A DNA stretch of 64,000 nucleotides from Eledone cirrhosa (taxonomy: Eukaryota): assembly GCA_964016885.1 (NCBI GenBank), contig OZ024740.1, forward strand, positions 292,454,001-292,518,000, read 5' to 3'. Under the pieces are notes generated by a model, which saw only the letters and a program-made list of their open reading frames with translations, had not been told where the DNA came from and made no database searches. Shown piece by piece: positions 52,361 to 64,000 of the stretch (positions are counted from its first letter, which is position 1; every line of letters starts with the position of its first letter). The translations under genes were made by a program, and so were the position numbers.

Positions 52361-53574
52361 AGTGTGTGTGTGTGTAATTTGTATTTAGTAAGCTCCATCT
52401 TCTATTATTCCGCGTTTTCACTTTTTATTTATTTATTTATCATTATCATTTTTTTATTGACAGAATTTGCTGTTCATAAAATTCTTAAACTTATCGCCTA
52501 GGCAGCGATTTCCACTCCTTAGAGTCCAGTTCATGTCCTGCCTTACCCTTCCCTACAATTTTCTTTATCTCTGCAACTATCTTTCTAATATTTATATAGT
52601 TTTGTTTCCTTTTGTTTTTAAACGTTTCTTTCTTTCTTTTCTTTTCTTTTCTTTTCTTTTTTTCGTCACTCTTTCTCCTGTGAATACAGTTCATTAAAAA
52701 TGTGTCACTGGATGCTTTCTGTTACTTATTCTGAGAATTATCTATTTCAGAAATATAAACCAAAGTACTTAGCATATATAGAACCGTTTGGAGCTTTCTA
52801 TTATTGAAAACAGGATGGGTATGGTGGAAAAGGAAATGTTTTGTCAATGTTTAGCTGTTGATGGTAGTTGTAGACTATTTTGACGACCGTAAGAAAATTT
52901 TACAATGAATTAATGTTACTTTAGCTCCCGCCTTTGCACGAGAATAGTTCTCATATCTATCTAAGTTTGTTTGCTATTGATAAAAGATCTCAGGATAGTT
53001 ATTCCCCCTTTGTCCTTACGAGAAAGAAGCCATGTTTATCAATGTTACACGTTATCCTTAGAATTCAGAAACGTCTTTCAGATATCGTTGTATTTATTTT
53101 ATACAATTCATTCATGGAATTTCTTGCAATTTCACTAAAGAAAGAGCTGCCTCCATTATTTCTGGAACAGGTGGGCTGTTGTTGGCTGATTGAACATAAT
53201 TAAATCAGGGTCTTCCACTCCAGGCTCTGCTGCCCGCCAAGCCGAAGAGGGAAAACTGTCGAAGTATCGGCCGCTCTCTGATAGGTTTGTGGTAGAGCCT
53301 GTAGCAGCGAAGACTTCAGCAGATTTCTTCTAGTGAGAGAGGGGAAGTGGGAAAGAGATATAAAGGAAGAATTGACTCAGTACTATATGCTGAGCTATGT
53401 ACACTTTAATTGCTTGAGGGAACTATCCGTTGATCGAACAGCTAGAACACTCATCGTCGAAAACCACGGAGGACCTTTACATTCCATTCCATTCCAACTC
53501 GTAACTGAATTTTAAGCACAGTTTGTTAGACACATTCACATAACATTCTCAATTAACAGTCTTGCACGAAAAAA

Positions 53575-53965
53575 TATGATTGCGAATACAAGCGGCGAAA
53601 ATGGGGTTCCTCCGAAGGGTTTTGGAGTAAAGTTACTCGATAGAGTGCGCAACTCGGAGATCAGAGAGCCGATCTAGATAGAGTCGCTACTTCTCAGAAT
53701 TGAGAGGTCACAGCTCCGATACTACAGGCATATGGTTAGAATATCTCAGGAAAGAATCATTGGACAGACTTTATGGGCAAAACCAACCGGCAGAAGACCC
53801 AGGTGTAGACCTCGAGCAAAAGGGTTTGATAACATCCATGAGCTTTGGAATCCAGCCGGATCAGTTGGAGACGGTTGCTTCTGACAGGAACTGCTGGAAA
53901 CAGTGTTTGAGGGCTCTTCCCCCACGACCCTCTCAAGAATATGTGGTCGAAGAAGAAGAAAAGTA
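53575..53965 (+). mobile_element. RTE-like LINE 3' fragment with (GAA)n tail
   Basis: LLDRVRNSEIR...LLLRIERSQLRY. Confidence 0.8.
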
Positions 53966-56831
53966 GAGAAGAAGCACGAAATTAACTTTTGGTTAACTAT
54001 TTTGTTGGAAATCTTTTCGCTGATGGTAACCGTAGTTGGCTCTCCATATATTTTAAACACAGCCTAGTAAGGTTTCATCATGGAGCAGCAGAATTTGTTT
54101 TAGCGAAGAGGTTTGAAATAAATCTTTGACAGTGGAGTCATTCATCAATTCATTTCGCAGTTTTTCTGGAACTGATCTGAATTAAATCTGAAGGAATTTG
54201 AAATGAGATAATAATCCAGTTCTCTATATCAGGAAAAGAGGAATCTAATCCAACACGCAGTGGAACAAAGTGCTTTTCGGTTAACACGTGGCTTTTTATC
54301 CTCAGGTATACTCATGATAAGGAGGCGAATTAGCTGAGTCATTAGGGCGTCGAATTAAAAGTACCTCAGTATTTGTCCCAACTCACTACACTGAGTTTAA
54401 ATCCTGTCGAGATTAACTTTACCTTTAATCCTTTCGAGGTCGATGAATAAAGCCCCACCCCAGTACTGGGATTAACTTCTGTCTGTTTGTCTGTCTGTCT
54501 CTCTCTCTCATTCTCTCTCCGTCTCTCTGGAAGAAATCGGCTATTCCGACCTGGAAAGGATGAACTTTGCCTGGTAAAATACCTAAGACACCTCGTGTGT
54601 CAAGACGGTGTTGCTACGCATACAGAGGCCACACACTTATGGTAATCCTGTCTTTTAGTTTTTAAAACAGTGTAAAACTTTCTTGTTTTGATATTAGAGT
54701 GTGATTTGAAGAAAATATAACTGCTACTCTTTATATTTTGCTGTTTAGTCAGGGATCAATTTATTTTTCATGTTTTCCGAAACTGTTGGGTAAAGGAAGT
54801 AAGTTATCTTTAAACCAGAGATCTGAACTCGAATGCTTGCAACAGAATGAACACAACTAAAAGCAACTAAGGACCAAGTGATGGTGTTAAACTTAGTAAG
54901 AGATTAAGTTCTACTCCCCAAGAACTCAGAATGCAAAGAACCGAAACAAGTATCGTAAAATATCTTATCTGACGCTCACAATATTCCTCTAATCCATAAC
55001 CCTGGACTAATACATTATTTTAGCAATATCGAAAGAATAAAAAGCAAAGTTGATCTCGGCAGAGAGCCAGAAGAAATAACGAAAGGCATTTTGTGTTACG
55101 TTAAAACAACTTTGCTAATTAACTTACAATTCTGTGTTACAATTCATTAGCTAGAGAGGACTTCTAAGGAAAATAATCACCGCACGTTCTTCGCACTAAA
55201 TATGTAAGTCAAAAAGCTATGTCGCCCATGAGTCTTACGTGACTTAGCACCAGCGATAATCTAAACCTTTGTTAGCCTATTCTCTTAGTCATCAAGTCTA
55301 CATCTCCTAAATGCGTGCAGTATAAGAGTAAACCTTTATACGTGTAATATACTAGAAAAACAACACACAATGGATCTGGAATATTGATTTAAAATAATGT
55401 TTTGATATTTTCTTTTTTGAAAAAGAAGAAATATCAACTTCGAACAGGGACTGAACCTTCAGTCTCTTGATATTATTTGTCGTCTAAATCAGCTAACATT
55501 CCTGCTCTACGAATGAGTCAAATCTTCTGTGACTGTTCAGCAATGCATATTAATATACATTAGTGATTTCGTGCTTGTATTATACAAATGATTTTATGCA
55601 TTAACTGTTTAATTTATTGGAAATATGGTTGGCTACACGACACAACACATCTTTCAGTTCAACGAACACTGATCTTTTCGCTAACACCAGCTGTCTATTA
55701 TATGAATACAGTCAATCTGTTTCGCATACTTATGCGTGTAGATGTATGTATTATTATGTGCGACAGGGTTTACGTGAGTAAACTCGGGTTGTTCGTCAAT
55801 TGAATATATATGTATATGTATGTGTATATAGACACCGATGTTGTTATATATATAGACACCACTGTTATTTGGTGCTTCAATATATCTAGTCCATTGGGTT
55901 TCATATAAAATATCTATTGTACATGTATTTTTCTTGATTCATTGAACATGTAAGTATATATAATCTTTTTTTCACCGTTTTTTATTGCTTATTCGGTAGG
56001 TTTTACGTTCTTCTCTTCATTATTCATCACGGATATAAACATTAACATTTAGGTACATACACAGTGCTTTCATTGATAACATAGCGCAAAATAGACGCAT
56101 GATAGATAAGGTTTAAATAATGTATTCTAGCAAGCCTAGAACGCTAAAGGTTCGACTAAAGTAGAGAACAATAGTGGTGAGCACTCTAGAAATAAGGTGA
56201 GGCAGCAACCCTGTTTTGTTTCTCTTTGAAAATATTTTCACTTCTTTTTCACTGCAAATATTCTTATGAAAGGCAATAATAGTTTAAGTAAAACTCATAA
56301 CGGAAGATTGTTGCCATATCTGAGGCAATGCTGCTGCTACACAGCCAAATATTCTAGATAGCATTCAATAAGGAGATTTATTCCCCTGAAGAGTTAGTAA
56401 CATATCATGACCATCAGGCCATGTACTAACTACTATGGTTAATCTTTCCTCCCAAGAACCTCAGACAATCCACTATAAATACACATTCCGCACATATTTT
56501 TTCATGCAGGTGTCTTACAGATGTTTAAGTTGAACATCAATCGTTTCGACCTTCCCAGACTCAGAGGACCTGCAGATATCATGGGTCCTGTCCCTTCCTC
56601 CACAGTAAACTATAAAAAAAATTATGTTACATCGTCTCATCACATTCCTTTTTATAAATATATAAATTTGCTTCAATAATTGAAATCTGATAATTGTATT
56701 AGTATAGGGATGAAAATCCCGAAGTAGAAATTAAATATAAAAAATTGCCTGAACTGAAATATATTAATTGGTATTAAAGAAAAAAATATTCAACATAAAT
56801 AATGGTTTATGATTTAAGAAGGCCAATAATT

Positions 56832-57159
56832 TGAGAGGGAGGATAGAGCCTCTACTTCTCCGAATTGAGAGATCACAGCTCCGATACTATGGGCATGTGG
56901 TTAGTATGCCACAGGAAAGAATTGCTGGACATATTCTACGGGCAAAACCAACCGGTAGGAGACGGAGGGGTAGACGCCGAGAGAGATGGTTGGATAACAT
57001 TCCTGAGCTCGGCAGGTCTCGCTTGGGGATCCAGCCGGGTCAGTTGGAAACGGTTGCTTTTGACAGGACCCGCTGGAAGGAGTGTTTGAAAACTCTGACC
57101 CCATGACCATATCAGGAATAAGTGGGAGAAGAAGAAGAAGTAGAAGAAGAAGAAGAAGA
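56832..57159 (+). mobile_element. RTE-like LINE 3' fragment with (GAA)n tail
   Basis: IERSQLRYYGHVVSMPQER...GRRRRGR...WLDNI. Confidence 0.85.
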
Positions 57160-57177
57160 GTTTTTTTATATCAATCC

Positions 57178-57570
57178 AAGTACTTTACTAGTACTTTTTT
57201 ATTGTCCCCTGGAGGACGAAAGGCAAAGTTAACTTCGATGGGATTTGTGTTCAGAACGTAATGGGCGGTAGCTAAATACCGCAAAGCATTTTGTCCGACG
57301 CTCTAACGATTTTGCCAAACCACTACCCTGAAGATTCAACATAAAGAATTCTTTCTAACATTGCACAAGGACAGCAATTTGGAAAAGGGGAAAGTCGATT
57401 ATATAAAGCCCAGTACCTGACTGGTACTTTATTTTATCGACTGCAGAATGATGAAAGGCAAAGTTGAACCCGGCAGGATTTGAACACAGGAACACAGGAT
57501 TTGAACGTTTAAGAGCGGGAACAAATTACAGAAACCATTTTGTCGGATTCTCTAAAGATTCAGTCCACCA
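57178..57570 (-). mobile_element. Two diverged SINE copies
   Basis: gaaaggcaaagtt...ggatttg core occurs twice. Confidence 0.7.
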
Positions 57571-57619
57571 GCCTCTTCCATGTAAACGATGAAAATCAGA
57601 CGGAGAACTTGAGATAGAA

Positions 57620-58826
57620 GGTCTCAGCAGACTCTCGTGTCTCATTAGACTGTGTTAGGTACAGAGAAACAAGGTCTTAACAGGCTCCTGTGTCTCATTA
57701 GACTGTGTTAGGTACAGAGAAACAAGCAAGGTCTTAGCAGAATCCCGAGTCTCATTAGACTGTTGGGTACAGAGAAACAAGGTCTTAACAGACTGTGTTG
57801 GGTACAGAGAAACAAGGTCTTAGCAGACTCCTGTGTCTTATTAGAGTGTGTTTTTTACAGAGAAGCAAGCAAGGTCTTAACAGACTCCTGTGTCTTATTA
57901 GACTGTGTTGGGTACAGAGAAACAAGGTCTTAGCAGACTCCTGTGTCTTATTAGAGTGTGTTTTTTACAGAGAAGCAAGCAAGGTCTTAACAGACTCCTG
58001 TGTCTCATTAGACTGTGTTGGGTACAGAGAAACAAGCAAGGTCTTAGCAGACTCCCGAGTCTCATTAGACTGTGTTGGTTACAGAGAAGCAAGCAAGGTC
58101 TTAGCAGACTCCCGAGTCTCATTAGACTGTGTTGGGTACAGAGAAGCAAGCAAGGTCTTAGCAGACTCCTGTGTCTTATTAGACTGTGTTGGGTACGGAG
58201 AATCAAGCAAGGTCTTAGCAGACTCCCGAGTCTCATTAGCCTCTGCTAGGTACAGAGTAGCAAGCAAGGTCTTAGCAGACTCCTGTGTCTTATTAGAGTG
58301 TGTTTTTTACAGAGAAACAAGCAAGGTCTTAGCAGACTCCCGAGTCTCATTAGACTGTGTTGGTTACAGAGAAACAAGCAAGGTCTTAGCAGACTCCCGA
58401 GTCTCATTAGACTGTGTTGGTTACAGAGAAACAAGCAAGGTCTTAGCAGACTCCCGAGTCTCATTAGACTGTGTTGATTAAAGAAGCAAGCAAGGTCTTA
58501 GTAGACTCCTATGTCTCATTAGACTGTGTTGTGTACAGAGAAACAAGGAAGGTCTTAGCAGACTCCCGTGTCGTATTAGATTGTGTTGGGTACGGAGAAT
58601 CAAGGTCTTAGCAGTCTCCGGTGTCTCATTAGACTGTGTTGGGTACATAGAAACAAGCAAAGTCTTAGTAGACTCTCGTGTCTCATTAGACTGTGTTGGT
58701 TACAGAGAAACAAGGTCTTAGCAGTCTCCGGTGTCTCATTCGACTGTGTTGGGTACAGAGAAGCAAGCAAAGTCTTAGTAGACTCTCGTGTCTCATTAGA
58801 GTGTGTTGGTTACAGAGAAACAAGGA
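57620..58826. repeat. 57-bp (and 53-bp variant) minisatellite, about 21 copies
   Basis: Unit AAGGTCTTAGCAGACTCCCGAGTCTCATTAGACTGTGTTGGGTACAGAGAAACAAGC, giving 19-aa periodicity in the ORF track. Confidence 0.95.
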
Positions 58827-58917
58827 ATGTGTCCTATATTAAACTGTAAATAGAAAGTTGTAAGACACCTTAAATAGTTAAATAGACAATTTGAAAAACA
58901 ATCTGAACTAACTCCCA

Positions 58918-60250
58918 ACACATACTCACACACGCAGACACACACATGTACATAGACACACATATATACAGACACACATTCACACATACACACAAATTTA
59001 CATACACACATATATAATATACGCAGACACAGATATGTACATAGACACACATATACAGACACATACTCACACACATATATACATATACATATACACAATG
59101 ATATATTCAGACACATACACAGACACACATTCACACATACACACACACACATGCAGACACACATACACACGCACGCACACACACACATACGCTCACGCAT
59201 ATACAAACACATACAGAGACAAACACTGACACAGACATACACATGCACACACATGCACACATACACACTCACGCACACATACACAGACACACTCACACAC
59301 ACATACGCAGACACACTCACACACATACTCAGACACACGCACACGCACGCACGTAGACTCACATGCACACATACACACTCACGCACACATAAACAGACAC
59401 ACTCACACACATACACAGACACACACAGACACACGCACATAGACTCACATGCACACATACACACTCACGCACACATACGCAGACACACTCACACACATAC
59501 ACACGCACACGCACGCACGTAGACTCACATGCACATATACACACTCACGCACACATACACAGACACACTCACACACATACACAGACACACGCACACGCAC
59601 GCACATAGACTCACATGCACACATACACACTCACGCACACATACGCAGACACACTCACACACATACACAGACACACGCACACGCACGCACGTAGACTCAC
59701 ATGCACACATACACACTCACGCACACATACGCAGACACACTCACACACATACACAGACACACGCACACGCACGCACATAGACTCACATGCACACATACAC
59801 ACTCACGCACACATACACACTCACACACATACACAGACACACGCACACGCACGCACGTAGACTCACATGCACACATACACACTCACGCACACATACGCAG
59901 ACACACTCACACACATACACAGACACACGCACACGCACGCACGTAGACTCACATGCACACATACACACTCACGCACACATACGCAGACACACTCACACAC
60001 ATACACAGACACACGCACACGCACGCACGTAGACTCACATGCACACATACACACTCACGCACACATACACAGACACACTCACACACATACACAGACACAC
60101 GCACGCACGTAGACTCACATGCACACATACACACTCACGCACACATACACAGACACACTCACACACATACACAGACACACGCACGCACGTAGACTCACAT
60201 GCACACATACACACACACAGGCACAACACAGACAGACACACACACACATT
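58918..60250. repeat. CA-rich tract with a higher-order 80-86-bp minisatellite (~59240-60210)
   Basis: TAGACTCACATGCAC recurs every 80-86 bp. Confidence 0.93.
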
Positions 60251-60408
60251 CTTTATATAGTTATATTCTAGACTTAGTCTTTCCCTCTCTTTCATATAAA
60301 CATTGGCCATAGACCTATTCTAATTTGTTATCGCGCACCCAATGAATCAGTGAATAGATACGTTGTTTAGACGAATTAAGATGTGCCCTGTAAGTACATG
60401 TGTGCCTA

Positions 60409-60666
<258 letters not shown>

Positions 60667-62034
60667 GAACAAATGCAAGCCATCATCGAATGTCTTATAC
60701 GTAAACAATACACACAGAAAACAATGCCAACAATAAACAAGGCATCTACTAGACAAGGCTGTCGGATTCTAAACTCGTAAAAATTACATTCGTAAAAACC
60801 GAGTTAATCATGAACTAGATATCTATACTAGAGCTAAGACATCCCCCAATAATCCTTACCTCAGATATCATCCATATATCTCAACCCCTAACTTACTCTA
60901 AATATGAATATAGGGAAGACGCTCTTTTTCAAGCTGCAGCCGTCAAATTACGCAGTTTCTGTATAAGAATAGATATTAAATATCCATTATTACCTGCAGC
61001 GACAACAACCCCGTAACGTACTAGGTCTTGCACCACCCTCTCTCGTATACCATTTACGTTAAACCTTCAAGCAATTCCCCCAAGATGATGTGATATCGCA
61101 CATCGGGAGGCCCAGGTTTCAAATAAACATAATATACATACTCGAATGTAAAACCTAATTAAGATAAAAATAAAAAAAAATCTAATAAAGAAAAAAGAAC
61201 GAAACGACTAAAGACGAAGAATACAAGAAGTCTAGTTCTTATTCCATATTCTGAAAACCACAATAAGAATAAGGAAAATACCAAATTTATTATGAAATAA
61301 GCGACATGAGCGAAACGAATCCTTAATGAAAAATATAAATATGATATCAAAATATTATAACCAAAAGGTGACCAAGAGGTTTAAATTTCAGTGTCATTAT
61401 TAATGTAAAATAAACATAATATTTACACTCGAATGCAAACTACAATTAAGATTAATTAAAAATACAAGCGTAATATATATATAAGCATAACATATATAAG
61501 CATAAGATATTCAACCACTTAATCAGAGAACAGCAAAACATTTTAACGAAACAAGACTTACCTATCCGTTTTGTCTGGTTGTTACTTTGGTACTAATTCT
61601 CCGATGTCTTCGGTCAAGTAACGGTCAATTAAATACCAACAAATGTTTATATAATTTTGCTACCCCTAAACAAGCTAAATTTTAAGTAGGTCATTATAGC
61701 ATACAATTTAAGGCTCTACAGTTTCATTGTAAAATTGTACACCCTTTACTTTTACAAAAATTACTACTTCACGGGAAATGTAGCAAAATTGACTTAGATT
61801 ATAAGCAAATAGATAAAATTAAGAATAAATTAAAGTGTATTCAGACTATACGCATTCCAAAGCAAATCAGAACCAATCCACTTTTTTTTTTTTTTTAATT
61901 GAATATATCTTAAATACGTTAAGGCAAATACGTTAAATGTCAAAGTCTAATGTCTCTCATCTGCAAACTAGAAATAACCTTGAATTTCTTCCCCAAAACG
62001 CCGTATTAGAGATTTCTCTTTGATTTTTTTAAAA

Positions 62035-62073
62035 AAACACATGGTAGGACAGAGACTGTCCTACCATGTGTTT
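62035..62073. repeat. Perfect 18-bp inverted repeat with 3-nt loop
   Basis: AAACACATGGTAGGACAG-AGA-CTGTCCTACCATGTGTTT. Confidence 0.9.
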
Positions 62074-63013
62074 AAAAAAAATATTCACTACGTTTTAAAA
62101 AAAAATTCATTAGGCTATTTATTCTACTATAGCGTATAACTTGGCTAGAAAATACGCTGTATCATCAGCATAACGGCGCACAGTTAGATGCAAAGGGGAA
62201 CCAAGCCACCCTAAATCTAAAATACTTAGTCTTATTGTAGCTATCGTCTCGACAGCTATTTCGATAGTGACGTCTATATAATTAACCTTGCTAACGTCGC
62301 ATCCATTCTTATTCACCTCTAAACTCTTCTGGTAGGTCTTGTGTAGCAAACCCTCGAAATGCCTATAATTAGGAACACAGGCACAAACACACACACACAC
62401 ACACGCACATATATACATATGTGTGTGTATACATATATATATATGTGTGTGTGTGTGTGTCGTTATAGTGTAATACTCACTATTGTCATTGGTAAGATGA
62501 GATTAGCTCGATATACTTTACTGTTCTCTGTTCTTCAGGACTGAAAAGAAACTGGATGATTAAGGGCTGTTCAGGTAGCAGAGCATTTAATATTCAAAGT
62601 TAAGAAAGCCAAGGTTAGGATATTATTATTTATTTATACATCTCTACGAACGTTTTAATGCGACTAGAACATCACATCCATTTGTGGAGACACCGGATTA
62701 CCAGTTAACAATTAACTTCATTATGGCTGTTTTATCCCAACAGCATCTCTTCAGGAAATATATACAATAAAATAACAATAAATTGATATCATAAGAGAAA
62801 TACCAAGAAAAATATTCTTAACTTTATACATATAATTTTCTTCTATACCTGCATGGGATGTTTGACTAACGAAGAATCTTCTAGATATTTTCAAATCTTT
62901 CAAATCCTAAATAACTAAAAGTACTGCCCTAAATTTGTAGGAAAAATGTTTCTAACAACCCCTGCTGTAACCAATTCCTAGTTTTAACATATTTTTTTCC
63001 GAAAAATAAAAAC

Positions 63014-63016
<3 letters not shown>

Positions 63017-63104
<88 letters not shown>
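63017..63104. repeat. (AC)n microsatellite
   Basis: Directly visible. Confidence 0.97.
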
Positions 63105-63109
<5 letters not shown>

Positions 63110-63499
63110 AAAACAAACAAAAACAAACCAAACCTTTTACAAGTTTATGCTAACTTTGCACTTGAAATTTGAACTGCCTGCCTAAATGTTCTTGGCTTTG
63201 AATCCGCTCCTTTTCTTGATATTTGTCTTATGATATCAATTTATTGTTACAAAAAAAAATACCAGTTCAGTAATGATGTCGCTTCTTTCTCTGTACCTCT
63301 TTGAGCCCAGCGAAGCCAAAGGACGACGGGACCGAACGACCGACGCCAAGGTGAGAAGGGCACAGAATTGCTACTGTTCTAAACTAAATATGAAGAATTA
63401 ATATAGATAAACGGAAAAATCGTCCATGAGATTGATGAAACTGGAGCACAGTTGTGCTTTTAATAACATGTTTAAAAGATTGAAAAGAAAGCTGTTCCC

Positions 63500-63551
<52 letters not shown>

Positions 63552-63609
63552 CATACATACATACATACATACATACATACATACATACATACATACATAC
63601 ATACATAAT

Positions 63610-63678
<69 letters not shown>
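63500..63678. repeat. Compound (GT)n(AT)n(ACAT)n(AT)n microsatellite
   Basis: Directly visible. Confidence 0.97.
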
Positions 63679-63681
<3 letters not shown>

Positions 63682-64000
63682 CAATCAAAACAAGCAACAC
63701 CATATCAGTTATAAGAAAAGTAATAAAACTTACTAGAAGTACTAAAACTGATGGCGGGAATTTGGTAAACGAAGCCTTTCGTGAATCACATGCCGAATTT
63801 GATCTGTCATGCAGAAACTAAGCAAAGCGGTTATAATTACGTTGTTCCGTAGTGTTTATACAAACATTAAGCATGTACTGATGTTGTTCCATAGTGTTTG
63901 TATAAACATCAGGTAAGCACTACGAATTTGATAAACACTGAATTCCAGAGTTGAGCATATCGCTTACGTTATTTTAACGGTATCTTCGCTTGCACCAAGC

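Noticed and set aside
57620-58826. CRISPR-like array
   Set aside because: The units are contiguous with no unique spacers, there are no cas genes, and the context is eukaryotic.

Overview
AT-rich, repeat-dense eukaryotic DNA, most likely from an octopus or other coleoid cephalopod (inferred from the SINE, RTE and microsatellite content). Positions 1-17 kb hold the 3' part of a spliced + strand gene. Eight phase-consistent GT-AG coding exons (921-16724) encode the C-terminal portion of a class-V PLP-dependent, cysteine-desulfurase-like protein (GIQARGGCACAGPY, RPGFVRINLPYF). The rest is mostly transposon-derived: a near full-length RTE LINE with sister fragments, a Tx1-type LINE, an R4/Dong-type RLE LINE, a Penelope-like (Naiad-type) relic, CR1 and BovB-like RTE relics, many tRNA-type SINEs, MITEs, non-autonomous Helitrons, and mini/microsatellites. 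The most notable features are (i) a Tx1 LINE inserted with a 7-bp TSD into the 5' TC terminus of a Helitron, (ii) a ~640-bp Helitron palindrome with two CTAG|TC head-to-tail junctions, (iii) an R4-like LINE with (CATA)n on both sides, and (iv) a decayed hammerhead-ribozyme-like motif in a (TA)n-flanked element. All calls were made by eye; no database searches were run.
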